Assembly: GCA_038887515.1 (NCBI GenBank)
Contig: JAWAKK010000001.1
Coordinates: 128,001 to 192,000 of the forward strand
DNA from: Candidatus Nezhaarchaeales archaeon
GTDB lineage: Archaea; Thermoproteota; Methanomethylicia; Nezhaarchaeales; WYZ-LMO8
Reading direction: 5' to 3'
DNA: 64,000 nt
Notes under the pieces: model-generated
What the model was told of the DNA's origin: nothing
The model's database searches: none
What the model saw: the letters and a program-made list of their open reading frames with translations, nothing else
Program-made: the position numbers and the translations under genes
Shown here: piece after piece, positions 19,595 to 30,397 of the stretch
How the letters are laid out: the number at the start of each line of letters is the position of its first letter
Position numbering within the stretch: the stretch's first letter is position 1

Positions 19595-20584
19595 TTGGCC
19601 AAGATATATAAGGATCAGGAGATAGATGACAGCATTCTGAGAGGGTCAACTATAGCAGTGGTGGGCTATGGAAGTCAAGGAAGGGCTCAAGCGCTAAATC
19701 TCAGAGATAGCGGCTTCACTGTAATTGTAGGGCTTAGGAGAGAGGGCAGTTCTTGGAGACAGGCGTCCTCTGAAGGATTTGAAGTCTACGAGGTTTCCCA
19801 GGCCGTTAAAAGAGGGGACATCATACTCTTCCTTATACCCGATACGGAGCAACCTAAAGTTTACCAAGAACAAATAAAGCCCTTCCTGAGCGAAGGCAAG
19901 AGCTTATGCTTTGCTCATGGTTTTAATATACACTTCGGGGTCATAAAGCCTCCTCGAGAAGTCGACGTATTTATGGTTGCCCCCAAGAGCCCCGGAGCTA
20001 AGGTCAGAGAGATGTATCTTCAGGGTAAGGGGGTTCCGGCGTTAGTAGCAGTTCACAACGATTACTCTGGCAAGGCGCTTCAGAAGGCCTTGGCAATAGC
20101 TAAAGGTATAGGATGTTCTAGAGCCGGGGTCATAGAAACGACTTTCAAAGAAGAAACCGAGACGGACCTCATAGGTGAACAATGTGTGTTGGTGGGGGGA
20201 CTCATGGAATTAATAAAGAAGGGGTTTGAAGTCCTGGTGGAGGAAGGCTACCAACCAGAAGTGGCATACTTCGAAGTATGCAACGAAGCCAAGCTTATAA
20301 TGGACCTCATATACTCTGGAGGCCTCATGCATATGCTAAGAGGAGTAAGCGATACGGCTAAATACGGAGGCTTAACTGTTGGTCCGACGATCATAGATGA
20401 AAAAGTTAAAGAAAAAATGAGGGAAGCAGCTAAACGAGTAAGAAATGGATCCTTCGCAAAGGAGTGGATTGAAGAGTGTGCTTCTGGTAGGAAGCGCCTT
20501 ACAGCGCTAATGAAGACCGTCGAGTCTCATCTAATTGAGAAAGTAGGTAGAGAAATGAGAAAGCTTGCTGGTATCGAGAGCTGA
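19595..20584 (+). CDS. ilvC: Ketol-acid reductoisomerase
   Basis: [32 protein letters not shown]. Confidence 0.97.
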   Translation: MAKIYKDQEIDDSILRGSTIAVVGYGSQGRAQALNLRDSGFTVIVGLRREGSSWRQASSEGFEVYEVSQAVKRGDIILFLIPDTEQPKVYQEQIKPFLSEGKSLCFAHGFNIHFGVIKPPREVDVFMVAPKSPGAKVREMYLQGKGVPALVAVHNDYSGKALQKALAIAKGIGCSRAGVIETTFKEETETDLIGEQCVLVGGLMELIKKGFEVLVEEGYQPEVAYFEVCNEAKLIMDLIYSGGLMHMLRGVSDTAKYGGLTVGPTIIDEKVKEKMREAAKRVRNGSFAKEWIEECASGRKRLTALMKTVESHLIEKVGREMRKLAGIES

Positions 20585-20590
20585 ATAGTC

Positions 20591-22243
20591 TTGAATCTTA
20601 GGAGTATTGTTATAAAAGATTTTCCAGGTAGAGTACCCCATAGGAGCCTCTTAAAGGCATTAGGTTTAACTGATGATGATTTGAACAAGCCCTTTATAGC
20701 AATCGTTAATAGCTATTCTGAGATCGTTCCAGGCCACGTCCACCTTAGAAGTATAGCTGAAGCCGTAAAGAGCGGTGTACTTAGCGCGGGCGGTCAGCCA
20801 TTTGAAGTTAACACAATAGCAATATGTGATGGCATAGCAATGGGCCATGAAGGAATGAAGTATTCATTGCCATCAAGAGACCTCATAGCAGACTCTATAG
20901 AGCTGGTGGTCGAGGCTCATAGGTTCGACGGCATGGTGCTCATATGCTCTTGCGATAAGGTCGTGCCAGGAGCGTTAATGGCAGCCGCTAGGATAAATAT
21001 ACCATCAATAATTGTAACGGGAGGGCCAATGACTCCTGGAGACTATAGGGGAGGCAAGATAACGCTGACGAAAGTCTTTGAAGCTGTTGGTGAATACGCT
21101 AAGGGTACTATAACTATGGACGACTTAAAAGAGATAGAGGATAATGTGTGTCCCGGGCCCGGATCGTGTAGTGGGATGTTTACGGCTAACACTATGGCTT
21201 GCATAGCCGAGGCTATGGGTATGGCACTGCCAAGGGCCGGCACTGCGCTAGCAGTTACTGCTGAAAGACTTAGAATAGCCAAGAAGTCTGGAGAGCTTAT
21301 AGTTGAAATGGTGAGGAAAGGGCTAAGACCAAGGGGCGTGATGACTTATAAAGCATTCTTGAACGCCATAGCAGTAGATGTAGCGCTAGGAGGCTCCACG
21401 AATACTGCACTACATCTACCAGCTATAGCCCATGAGGCTGGCGTAGAGCTAGAAATAGAAGAATTTGATAAGATGAGCAGGCTAGTACCACAGCTTTGTA
21501 CGATATCCCCTAACGGTCCTCACACGGTTTACGACTTTCACTTAGCAGGCGGGGTCATGGCCTTAATGTCAGAGATAAAGAGCTTCCTTCATTTAGATGC
21601 GCTCACGGTTACTGGCAAGACTATAGGCGAGTTAATCGAAAAAGTGCAGGTCAAAGATAGAAACGTCATAAGGAGCATATCAAACCCGGTTATTAGGGAG
21701 GGAGGTTTGGCGGTCTTAAAGGGTTCCTTGGCCCCTCGAGGCTCAATAGTAAAGGTTGCCGCTGTACCAAAATCTATGCGGTTTTTCAAAGGGGTCGCCA
21801 AGGTCTTTAATTCTGAGGAAGAAGCCGTTGAAGCCATATTGGGCGGGAGAGTTAAGGGCGGGGACGTCGTAGTCATAAGGTATGAGGGCCCTAAGGGAGG
21901 ACCAGGGATGAGGGAGATGTTGATGCCGACCTCGCTGATAGTTGGTATGGGCCTATGGGAAGAGGTCGCACTAGTTACTGATGGTAGGTTCTCGGGTGCA
22001 ACAAGAGGGCTAGCTGTAGGTCACGTATCACCTGAAGCAGCTGAGGGCGGCCCTATAGCTAAGGTGGTCGATGGCGATGTAATAACAATAGACTTACAGA
22101 ACAGAAGAATTGAAGTTGACTTCGTAGTGTCTGAAGAAGAAAGGGCGAAGAAGTTATCCCTACCTAATAGGGTTTTAAAAGGCTACTTAGCAAGATACTC
22201 TCAAAGGGCATTGTCGGCAGATAAAGGAGCCTTAATGACGTAG
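20591..22243 (+). CDS. ilvD: Dihydroxy-acid dehydratase
   Basis: [46 protein letters not shown]. Confidence 0.97.
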   Translation: MNLRSIVIKDFPGRVPHRSLLKALGLTDDDLNKPFIAIVNSYSEIVPGHVHLRSIAEAVKSGVLSAGGQPFEVNTIAICDGIAMGHEGMKYSLPSRDLIADSIELVVEAHRFDGMVLICSCDKVVPGALMAAARINIPSIIVTGGPMTPGDYRGGKITLTKVFEAVGEYAKGTITMDDLKEIEDNVCPGPGSCSGMFTANTMACIAEAMGMALPRAGTALAVTAERLRIAKKSGELIVEMVRKGLRPRGVMTYKAFLNAIAVDVALGGSTNTALHLPAIAHEAGVELEIEEFDKMSRLVPQLCTISPNGPHTVYDFHLAGGVMALMSEIKSFLHLDALTVTGKTIGELIEKVQVKDRNVIRSISNPVIREGGLAVLKGSLAPRGSIVKVAAVPKSMRFFKGVAKVFNSEEEAVEAILGGRVKGGDVVVIRYEGPKGGPGMREMLMPTSLIVGMGLWEEVALVTDGRFSGATRGLAVGHVSPEAAEGGPIAKVVDGDVITIDLQNRRIEVDFVVSEEERAKKLSLPNRVLKGYLARYSQRALSADKGALMT

Positions 22244-22265
22244 GCTTCTAGTACTTCATTATGTA

Positions 22266-22338
22266 AGAGATGACCTGAGTCGCCTTCGGTCCAGCGTACA
22301 TCGCTCACCATTCGGCGTGGTCGGGACCGCTCATCCCC
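22266..22338 (-). ncRNA. Putative box C/D-like small RNA
   Basis: GGGAUGA (C) - 15 nt - CCGA (D') - AUGGUGA (C') - 15 nt - CCGA (D); GC-rich; upstream BRE/TATA at the right spacing. Confidence 0.65.
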
Positions 22339-22359
22339 ACAACGATATGCTTCGAACCA

Positions 22360-22376
22360 CTCTTAAAGGTTTTCGG
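22360..22376 (-). promoter_or_regulatory. BRE/TATA promoter of the putative sRNA
   Basis: Minus strand ccgaaaacctttaagag; TATA starts about 30 nt before the GGGG at 22338. Confidence 0.65.
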
Positions 22377-22439
22377 CGGACCGATAGAGCTGGATGTTTG
22401 ACAAGACCCTGGCGGTGTGAAGTTAAAGATTTAACGCCT

Positions 22440-23795
22440 TTAGTCTTGCGAGATTGTGGCTAGTACCTCGTTGACTGCTCTATCTATTAGTCTCTGTGCT
22501 TCTCCTAAGTAGTTTTCAGGCTTCATAAGCTCGCTTAGCTCTTCATCGCTTAACAGCTTCTTCACCTTCTCATCTCTTTTCAGCAACTCCAATAAATGTA
22601 TATCCTGAATCATGGACTTCAGTGATAGCTCTCTCAGTAATTTATGGGCGTCTTGCCTACTCATACCTTTCATGGTTAAGGCAATCATGACCGCTTCGCT
22701 CATTATCCTCCCCTTGGTAACTTCAAGGTTTTTCTTCATGTTCTCAGGATATATTCGGAGGCTCTTAAGGACCTTTATAGTTCTTCTCAACATTTCATCT
22801 AGAAGGATGCAAGATTCGGGTATTATGAATCGCTCGTTTGCTGAATTAGTTAAATCTCTTTCATGCCATAGCGGGATGTTTTCTAAAGCTGGTATTACTA
22901 GGCTTCTCATCAGCTTGGCTAGGCTTGACACATTCTCGCAATCTATAGGGTTCTGTTTATGAGGCATTGTTGAGCTTCCGACTTGTTCAGCTTCGAATCC
23001 TTCTGCTAGTTCCATAATCTCAGGTCTTTGAAGATTCCTTATTTCTGTGGCTATTTTGTCTAAGCTTGAAGCTATGATAGCAAATAGGCATATTAGCTCC
23101 GCAAGCCTATCTCTCTGCAATATCTGAGTCGATATGGTTGCGGGCTTTAGATCAAGTATTCTCATAACCTCTTCTTGTACTTCAAGCCCCTTACCCATGA
23201 AGCCAGCCATGGTTCCAACAGCTCCTGACATTTTTCCAACCAAGACCCTATTCTTGGCCTCCCTTAATCTCTCTACGTGTCTCGCGAACTCCGATGCCCA
23301 CACAGCAAACTTAAAGCCTAAGGTTATTGGTAATGCGTGCTGTCCATGGGTTCTTCCAACCATCACCAAATCCTTATATTTAAGCGCTAAATCGCATAGT
23401 AGTGTGCATAAATCTCTAAGTCTCTTGTCTATTATAGCAATGGCCTCTTTAATTTGAAGGGCCGTAGCAGTATCGACAATATCATAGCTTGTAGCCCCGA
23501 CGTGAACGTAACCGCCATATTCGCCACAGGCTTCTGCTAATACTTCGACTACAGCCATAATATCATGTTTTATTTTACTCTCAACTTCTTTGACTCGTTC
23601 AAGCTTTACGTAGTTGACGTTAGCCTTCTGGACTATGACTTCAGCGGCCTCTCTGGGTATTAGACCCAGCTTAGCATTAGCCATAGCTAAGGCAGCTTCG
23701 ACATCAAGCAATTTCTGGAGCCTGTACTCTTCAGTAAATATCTTTCTCATTTCTTCGCTTCCATACCTGCCAGAGTCTATTGGCAAGATGCTCAT
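22440..23795 (-). CDS. purB: Adenylosuccinate lyase
   Basis: HVGATSYD, GRTHGQHA, GSSTMPHKQNP, HERDLTNS. Confidence 0.97.
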   Translation of the reverse strand: MSILPIDSGRYGSEEMRKIFTEEYRLQKLLDVEAALAMANAKLGLIPREAAEVIVQKANVNYVKLERVKEVESKIKHDIMAVVEVLAEACGEYGGYVHVGATSYDIVDTATALQIKEAIAIIDKRLRDLCTLLCDLALKYKDLVMVGRTHGQHALPITLGFKFAVWASEFARHVERLREAKNRVLVGKMSGAVGTMAGFMGKGLEVQEEVMRILDLKPATISTQILQRDRLAELICLFAIIASSLDKIATEIRNLQRPEIMELAEGFEAEQVGSSTMPHKQNPIDCENVSSLAKLMRSLVIPALENIPLWHERDLTNSANERFIIPESCILLDEMLRRTIKVLKSLRIYPENMKKNLEVTKGRIMSEAVMIALTMKGMSRQDAHKLLRELSLKSMIQDIHLLELLKRDEKVKKLLSDEELSELMKPENYLGEAQRLIDRAVNEVLATISQD

Positions 23796-23953
23796 ACCTT
23801 ACTCACATTACAAAAGAATATGCGCATCCACATAAAACTCATTCTGGCAAATGAGGCTAACTATGTATGATAAAAGGTAACAGATATTAGGTTGTACTTA
23901 TAGCTTCCCACTAAGGTTTAAACCTTCAGTGATAGGGGCGTGCGGGCAACCCT

Positions 23954-24685
23954 ATGAGGTATAAGATTGGAGAACTAATATCGTCTGGAAAGACCAAGCT
24001 TGTATATTCGCTTGAGAATCCTTCACTAATCCTTCTAAAGTTTAAGGATGATGTGACAGCTCTAGATGGAAAGAAGAGAGACTTCATACCCGGTAAAGGA
24101 GCAATAAATGCTGGCATTTCCGCAAGGCTCTTTCAATTACTGAGTGAAAATAAAGTCGATAACCATTATGTTGAGATGTACGATCGAGCATCACTTATAG
24201 TTAAGAAGCTTGACATGATACCCATCGAAGTCGTATGCAGAAACATAGCAACGGGGAGTTTCGTCAAGAGGCTTCCGGTAGTTGAAGGTACGGTCTTGGA
24301 TCCACCGGTAATAGAATTCTTTTTGAAGGATGACGCGAGAGGAGATCCAATGATTAACGACTGGCACATCATTACCTTAAAGCTTGCGTCAAGGAGCGAA
24401 ATTGATGAAATGGCGAAGCTAACGTTAAAGGCTAATGAAGTCTTGAGGGACTTCTTGAAGGGCAAGGGGTTAGTGTTGCTAGACTTCAAGTTAGAGTTCG
24501 GTAGAACGGCAGATGGTAAAATACTCATAGGAGATGAGCTCGATCCCGATTGTATGCGGCTCAGAGATTCTTCGACTGGGAGAATTCTCGATAAGGACCT
24601 CTATAGGAAAGGAGCAAGTTTAGAAGAGGTCAAGGGAGCTTACGAGGAGGTCTACAGGAGGATCGTTGGATCTTGTCCTCCCTAA
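23954..24685 (+). CDS. purC: SAICAR synthetase
   Basis: GKTKLVY, FKDDVTA, IPIEVVCRN, DFKLEFG, DKDLYR. Confidence 0.96.
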   Translation: MRYKIGELISSGKTKLVYSLENPSLILLKFKDDVTALDGKKRDFIPGKGAINAGISARLFQLLSENKVDNHYVEMYDRASLIVKKLDMIPIEVVCRNIATGSFVKRLPVVEGTVLDPPVIEFFLKDDARGDPMINDWHIITLKLASRSEIDEMAKLTLKANEVLRDFLKGKGLVLLDFKLEFGRTADGKILIGDELDPDCMRLRDSSTGRILDKDLYRKGASLEEVKGAYEEVYRRIVGSCPP

Positions 24686-26100
24686 AGGCGAAGGAGAAGT
24701 GCGGCGTTGTAGGCGTAATGTCTATAGTAGGTAACGAAGTTTCAGAGGTCATATATAAAGCCCTCTACACTCTCCAGCATAGAGGTCAGGAAGCTGCGGG
24801 AATAGCGCTACTTGAAAACCAGGAAATACGGGTTCACAAGGGATTAGGATTGGTAACTGAAGTATTTACTAAGGATGTTTTATCGGGCTTAAAGGGGTCT
24901 ATTGGAATAGGTCATGTCCGATATTCAACGACACCTGGGTTAACAATAGAAGAGTCTCAGCCTTTCGCTGTTAAGAATCCTAAGTTCTCTTTCTCTCTTG
25001 CCTTTAACGGTACGATAACCAATTACCTTGAAATTAGGGATATGCTGGCAAGGCAAGGAATAATTTTCGTCACGAAGACGGACACCGAAGTCCTTGCCAA
25101 GCTTCTAGCTAAGAGCTTAATAGACTCTCGAATGGATTACGTAGAAGCCTTTAAACTTATGGTACCCGAGATTGACGGAGCCTGTGCATTAGTCTTAATG
25201 AACGAGAAAGGAGAACTTTACGCCTATAGGGACCCGCTCGGGTTCAAGCCCCTTTGCATAGGTAGGGTTAATGATCTGGTGGTTGTGGCATCAGAAACCT
25301 GTGTGCTCGATGTGTTAGCTGGATTTAATGGTTGTGAGTATGAACCCGTTAAACCGGGAGAGCTTATAAGGATATGCGAAGGCAGCATAGAGAGGATTCA
25401 AATAACCTCCTCGTATAGAAGAGCTAGATGCATGTTTGAATACGTTTACTTTTCTAGGCCTGACTCAGTTTTTGATGGCATATCGATCTATAAGGCTAGA
25501 GAAAGAATCGGTAGAGAGCTGGCTAAGAGGTTTCCAGCTGAAGGCGATGTAGTTGTTCCAGTCCCAGACTCTGGAAGAACGGCTGCTTTAGGATATTCTA
25601 TGGAGTTGGGGATACCTTTCGCTGAAGGTCTCATGAAAAACAGGTATGTAGGTAGGACCTTCATAATGCCGACTCAGAATCATAGGGACGAAATGGTCTC
25701 CCTCAAGTTAAACGTTGTTAAGGATATCGTTGATGGTAAAAGAATAATCCTAGTTGATGATTCGATAGTCAGAGGCACGACTATGAAGAGAATCGTCAAA
25801 TTATTGAGAAGGGGAGGAGCCAAAGAGGTGCACGTCAGGATTAGTTGTCCACCGATAGTGAGTGCATGCTACATGGGTATAGACTTTCCGACTAGAAGGG
25901 AGTTAATTGCTAGAATGATGAACCTTGAAGAGTTGACGAGATTTATTGAGGCGGATTCTCTTCGTTATAATACTATAGACGGCCTTATTTCAGGTATAGG
26001 CTTCTCTGAAGACGAGCTTTGCCTTGCATGTTTAACTGGAAAGTACCCGTTAACTAAGGATTACAAGTTTGAAGTCCTCGAAGAGCACTTGGGGAGGTAG
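24673..26100 (+). CDS. purF: Amidophosphoribosyltransferase (canonical)
   Basis: Propeptide then EK-CGVVG nucleophile, QHRGQE, GHVRYST, VDDSIVRGTT, Fe-S cysteines. Confidence 0.96.
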   Translation: MSSLKAKEKCGVVGVMSIVGNEVSEVIYKALYTLQHRGQEAAGIALLENQEIRVHKGLGLVTEVFTKDVLSGLKGSIGIGHVRYSTTPGLTIEESQPFAVKNPKFSFSLAFNGTITNYLEIRDMLARQGIIFVTKTDTEVLAKLLAKSLIDSRMDYVEAFKLMVPEIDGACALVLMNEKGELYAYRDPLGFKPLCIGRVNDLVVVASETCVLDVLAGFNGCEYEPVKPGELIRICEGSIERIQITSSYRRARCMFEYVYFSRPDSVFDGISIYKARERIGRELAKRFPAEGDVVVPVPDSGRTAALGYSMELGIPFAEGLMKNRYVGRTFIMPTQNHRDEMVSLKLNVVKDIVDGKRIILVDDSIVRGTTMKRIVKLLRRGGAKEVHVRISCPPIVSACYMGIDFPTRRELIARMMNLEELTRFIEADSLRYNTIDGLISGIGFSEDELCLACLTGKYPLTKDYKFEVLEEHLGR

Positions 26101-26105
26101 ATTTT

Positions 26106-27440
26106 TTGGCTGGGATAGTTGGGATATATGCCTTCGATAGGCTCTGGAAGATGTCTAGGTTTGCGTACTACAGTCTTCTCTCTCTCCAACATAGGGGTCA
26201 AGAGACCGCTGGAATTGTAACATGCCACGAAGAGGGCCTCTTAGAGTATAGAGGGAGGAGCACCGTAGACAGGGTTTTCTCGGAAGAGAAACTTACAGCC
26301 ATGAAAGGTTGGATTTCGATAGGTTGCGTAGACGCAGAAACTAGAAAGGTAGGATCTATACAGCCTGTCATAGTCGATAAACCTGTAAAGATGGCTTTTT
26401 GCATGGATGGTAAAGCGCTTAATTGGTATGAGCTCGTAGCCAGAGAGGGATTAAGTACGGAAAGCGATGTAGATGCGGTAGCGATGCTCTTATCGAAGTA
26501 TGTGGACAGGTACGGTCTTCTCGATGGAGTTATTAGGCTTTTAGAGATGCTTAAAGGAGGATATTGTTTCATAGCATTAACCGATAAGGGCGAGATGATA
26601 GCTGCTAGGAGTCCGAGCGGGCTAAAACCCTTGGTTATAGGTAGCTTCGGCTTTGATTATGGGGTAGTTGCATCAGAAAGTTGTGCAATAGATGTGATAG
26701 GTGCGGACTATAAGGCTGACGTGTTTCCAGGAGAGGTCTACCTTTTCACGCCTTACAGTATTGAGAAGGCTAGGGCTAAGAAGGGCGAGGTCTCATATTG
26801 CTCATTTGAGTACGTATACTTAGCTAGACCAGATTCATACATAAATGATGTAAGCGTCTATGAGACTAGAATGAAGATAGGAGAAGTTCTGGCTGAAGAG
26901 CATCCAGTTGATGGTGATGTGGTCATAGGAGTTCCGGAGACGGCAATACCTTTTGCGATGGCTTACTCGAATAAGACTAAAATACCAATAGCCATGGGCT
27001 TCGTGAGGACTGGACCCCACATCAGAAGCGCTATAAAGCCAACACAATTTGAGAGGCTCGTCGGAGTACAGCTCAAGCTGAACCCTATAAGGACAGCCAT
27101 GAAGGGTAAGAGAGTAGTACTAATTGATGATAGTGTTGTAAGGGGTAACACAACTAAGAACACCGTCTCTCTTATGAGGAATAAACTTGGAGTAAAGGAG
27201 GTTCATGTAAGGATTGGAAGCCCAAAGATACTGTCCCACTGTCCATTCGGCGTTGAGGTTCCGCCAGAGGACGAGTTAATAGCTCGCCACTTAACTGACG
27301 AGGAGGTTGCAGCCGTCGTAGGGGCTGACTCCTTCCATTGGCTTTCATTAGATGGTTTGGTCAAAGCTATAGGACTTCCTAAAGGCGTATTATGTTTGGG
27401 TTGCTTTACGGGTAAGTATCCTCCTTGCTCGTACGTCTAA
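26106..27440 (+). CDS. purF: Amidophosphoribosyltransferase paralog lacking the glutaminase Cys (PurF2)
   Basis: Starts MAGIVG; keeps QHRGQE, FEYVYLARPDS, IDDSVVRGNT and CLGC. Confidence 0.88.
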   Translation: MAGIVGIYAFDRLWKMSRFAYYSLLSLQHRGQETAGIVTCHEEGLLEYRGRSTVDRVFSEEKLTAMKGWISIGCVDAETRKVGSIQPVIVDKPVKMAFCMDGKALNWYELVAREGLSTESDVDAVAMLLSKYVDRYGLLDGVIRLLEMLKGGYCFIALTDKGEMIAARSPSGLKPLVIGSFGFDYGVVASESCAIDVIGADYKADVFPGEVYLFTPYSIEKARAKKGEVSYCSFEYVYLARPDSYINDVSVYETRMKIGEVLAEEHPVDGDVVIGVPETAIPFAMAYSNKTKIPIAMGFVRTGPHIRSAIKPTQFERLVGVQLKLNPIRTAMKGKRVVLIDDSVVRGNTTKNTVSLMRNKLGVKEVHVRIGSPKILSHCPFGVEVPPEDELIARHLTDEEVAAVVGADSFHWLSLDGLVKAIGLPKGVLCLGCFTGKYPPCSYV

Positions 27441-27455
27441 CTTAGGTGAGACGGA

Positions 27456-28937
27456 ATGGTTAAGGTTCTACTCATAGGTGACGCTTCACGGGAACACGCG
27501 ATAGCAGATGCGTTCGCTAGGAGCAACAATGAGCCAAAAATCTACGCCATAATGTCTAGAAGAAATCCGGGTATAGCCAGGCTTTGTAAGCAAAGTGGGG
27601 GAGATATAGCTATCGGAAACATCGACGACCCTGAATTCGTGGTGGGGGTAGCCAAGAACTTCCATGTAGATTTCACATTCGTAGGTCCTGAAGAACCGCT
27701 GTTTCACGGAGTATCTGATGCATTAGAGGAGGCTGGAATACCGTGTGTTGGAGCTAAAAAGTGCATGGCATTAGTGGAGATGTCTAAGGCCTTCATGAGG
27801 AGGCTCATGTGGAAGTACAAAATTCCAGGAAGGTTAAGGTTTAAGGCCTTCAAGTCGCTTGAAGACGCAGTAGCCTACGTGAACGAGTACGCTGAAAGTG
27901 TAGCAATAAAGCCTGCTAGACAGGCTGGGGGTAAGGGGGTAAAGGTCATAGCAGATCTTCAAGTCTACTTGAGCAAGGAGAAGCGAGAAGTCAAGGCCGA
28001 GCACGTCAAGACAGTTTATGAGAAACACATGTCGGTATACGACGACATAGATGATAAGGTCCTCATAGAAGAGAGGGTCGAAGGTCCTGAGTACACACTT
28101 CAAACGTTTACTGATGGGAGGACGGTGCTACCCTTACCAGCAGTTCAAGACAACAAAAATGCCTACGAAATGGATATAGGACCCGAGACAGGAGGCATGG
28201 GCTCTATAGCTGGGCCTGGGCGGCTATTACCTTTCCTCACCGAAGAGGAGTATAAACAGTCTGTCGAAATAGTACAAGCAGTAGTCAACGCTCTATGGAA
28301 GGAGACTGGTATAAGATATAAAGGAGTGGTATCGGGTCAGATGATGCTCACAGCTCTATGGGGACCAACAATCATAGAGTTTTATAGTCGCTTCGGAGAC
28401 CCTGAAGCATGTAACGTACTGCCGTACATGGAGACCGATATAGTCGAAATCTCGGAAGCAATTATAGATGAGAGGTTAAACACGATTAAGATGAGCTTTC
28501 CAGATGTAGCGACCGTGGTAAAAGCTGTTGCGCCGAAGGGCTACCCAGATCATCGAGACCTAGCAAAGGGACACCCGGTCTTTATAGATGAAGAGGCTAT
28601 TAGAAGGAAGGGGTGCAAAGTCTACTACGGATCTCTAGATGAGAGACCTGATGGAACTATTGTAACTGCAGGATCGAGAATAGCGGAGATAGTTGCTGCT
28701 GCGCCAACAATACCCGAAGCAGGTGAAATAGCTGAAAGTTGCGTGCAGTATGTAAAGCTTTTAGATGGTTGGGGGGTGTTTCACAGGAGTGACATAGGCT
28801 CTGAAGTGCTTCTAAAGAAGAGGATCGAGCAGGCCCAACTCATAAGGGAGATATACCACTATAGATTAGGCAAGGGTCTCATAGGTAGAGCTATAGACTG
28901 GATACCGGGAAAAGGCAAGATAGAATACGAGTTCTAA
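27456..28937 (+). CDS. purD: Phosphoribosylamine-glycine ligase (long crenarchaeal type)
   Basis: REHAIA, VGPEEPL, GGKGV, GPETGGMGS, RFGDPE. Confidence 0.95.
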   Translation: MVKVLLIGDASREHAIADAFARSNNEPKIYAIMSRRNPGIARLCKQSGGDIAIGNIDDPEFVVGVAKNFHVDFTFVGPEEPLFHGVSDALEEAGIPCVGAKKCMALVEMSKAFMRRLMWKYKIPGRLRFKAFKSLEDAVAYVNEYAESVAIKPARQAGGKGVKVIADLQVYLSKEKREVKAEHVKTVYEKHMSVYDDIDDKVLIEERVEGPEYTLQTFTDGRTVLPLPAVQDNKNAYEMDIGPETGGMGSIAGPGRLLPFLTEEEYKQSVEIVQAVVNALWKETGIRYKGVVSGQMMLTALWGPTIIEFYSRFGDPEACNVLPYMETDIVEISEAIIDERLNTIKMSFPDVATVVKAVAPKGYPDHRDLAKGHPVFIDEEAIRRKGCKVYYGSLDERPDGTIVTAGSRIAEIVAAAPTIPEAGEIAESCVQYVKLLDGWGVFHRSDIGSEVLLKKRIEQAQLIREIYHYRLGKGLIGRAIDWIPGKGKIEYEF

Positions 28938-28990
28938 TGGTCGTTCTTTTTTAATTAATATTCTTAAACTTGTACCAATGCTAGAAATCT

Positions 28991-30397
28991 ATGGTGGTGA
29001 AGCTTCTGCGATTTAGAGAAGAAATAGGAACACCTCTACTTGAAGGGGCAACTAAGATACTGCTCCTAGGTGCTGGAGAGCTAGGTAAGGAGATAGCTAT
29101 AGAGGCCCAGAGACTTGGGGTAGAAGTTGTGACCGTAGATAGATACGACATGCCTCCGGCTAGCCACGTAGCTCATAGGCACTACACGATCAATATGCTT
29201 GACGGCAAGGCGCTGAAGGCAGTGGTAAGGAGAGAGAGACCTGATGCAGTTGTGCCCGAGATAGAAGCGATTAACACTGATGCTCTCCTAGAGCTAGAGG
29301 AAGAAGGCTTCTTCATAGTTCCAAACGCTCGGGCAGTCAAAATAACTATGGATAGAATTCTGTTAAGAAGGCTGGCCGCCGAAGAAGCCGGCGTTCCAAC
29401 ATCTAGATATATGTTCGCTGAAAGCTTAGAGGAAGTAAGAGAATGTTGCGAGAAGATAGGCTATCCTTGTCTAGTGAAAGCTCAGATGAGTAGTGGAGGT
29501 TTAGGCTCAACGGTTGTCGTGGACAGGAGTATGGTTAAACTAGCCTACGAAAGAGCTACGAGAGAGGCCAGAGGTTTTAGTAAGCAAGTAATAGTGGAGG
29601 AACTTGTAAACTTCGATGTCGAGGTTACAGTCTTAACGTTAGCCCACATGGGGCTTGACGGCAACGTTATAGTAACACCTCTAGAACCAATAGGGCACGT
29701 TCGGTCTACTGGTCACTATCACGTAAGCTGGCAACCCCTCTTCGACATAGACCCTGATACTAACCTCTCTAAATCACCTTTTGAGGGTTACGGAGGACCA
29801 ATGCACTTAATGGAGGATCCGCCGGTAAACGGACTTAGGTGGAGGTCTAAGTGGAACGGCAAAAAGGTAGAAGGAGAGAGAGCTAGAGTAATCAACGAGA
29901 TGTTATTTGACACCGCCAAGAAAGTGGTAACTAAACTTCTAGAAAGTAAGGAGGGGTTGAAGGGGTTTGGAGTCTTCGGCTGTGAAATTTTCGTTAAGCT
30001 CGGTGATGATGGGGAGAAGCCTCAGGTGTTCTTTAACGAGGTCTCGCCTAGACCACACGATACCGGTATGGTAACGCTTGTTACGCAAGATCAATCCGAG
30101 ATGGCCTTGCACGTAAGGGCAATCCTCGGTCTCCCGATACCGGAGGTCAAGGTATTGACCTTCGGTGCAAGCCACGTCATACTAGCCAAGGTTGGAAACT
30201 CATGGGCCCCGAGATATGGAGGAGTAAGTGAAGCCTTGAAGGTACCTGGAGTTCAATTAAGGCTCTTTGGTAAGCCGGTAACTTACGTTGATAGGAGAAT
30301 GGGTATAGCTCTCGCCATAGCAAACTCTATAAATGAAGCAAGGTCTAAAGCTATGAGGGCAGCACACATAGTTGAAGGGGCTATCATGTATGGTTAG
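28991..30397 (+). CDS. purT: Formate-dependent GAR transformylase
   Basis: LLGAGELGKE, PEIEAI, MSSGG.G, SWQP, EVSPRPHDTG, RRMGIAL. Confidence 0.94.
   Translation: MVVKLLRFREEIGTPLLEGATKILLLGAGELGKEIAIEAQRLGVEVVTVDRYDMPPASHVAHRHYTINMLDGKALKAVVRRERPDAVVPEIEAINTDALLELEEEGFFIVPNARAVKITMDRILLRRLAAEEAGVPTSRYMFAESLEEVRECCEKIGYPCLVKAQMSSGGLGSTVVVDRSMVKLAYERATREARGFSKQVIVEELVNFDVEVTVLTLAHMGLDGNVIVTPLEPIGHVRSTGHYHVSWQPLFDIDPDTNLSKSPFEGYGGPMHLMEDPPVNGLRWRSKWNGKKVEGERARVINEMLFDTAKKVVTKLLESKEGLKGFGVFGCEIFVKLGDDGEKPQVFFNEVSPRPHDTGMVTLVTQDQSEMALHVRAILGLPIPEVKVLTFGASHVILAKVGNSWAPRYGGVSEALKVPGVQLRLFGKPVTYVDRRMGIALAIANSINEARSKAMRAAHIVEGAIMYG

Noticed and set aside
22266-22338. tRNA interpretation of the cloverleaf-like fold
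   Set aside because: No T-loop (TTCRA), no D-loop GG geometry and no proper anticodon arm; the C/D box pattern fits better.
22401-22438. Inverted repeat gttaaa-ga-tttaac just after the purB stop
   Set aside because: Short and AT-rich; not enough to call a terminator.
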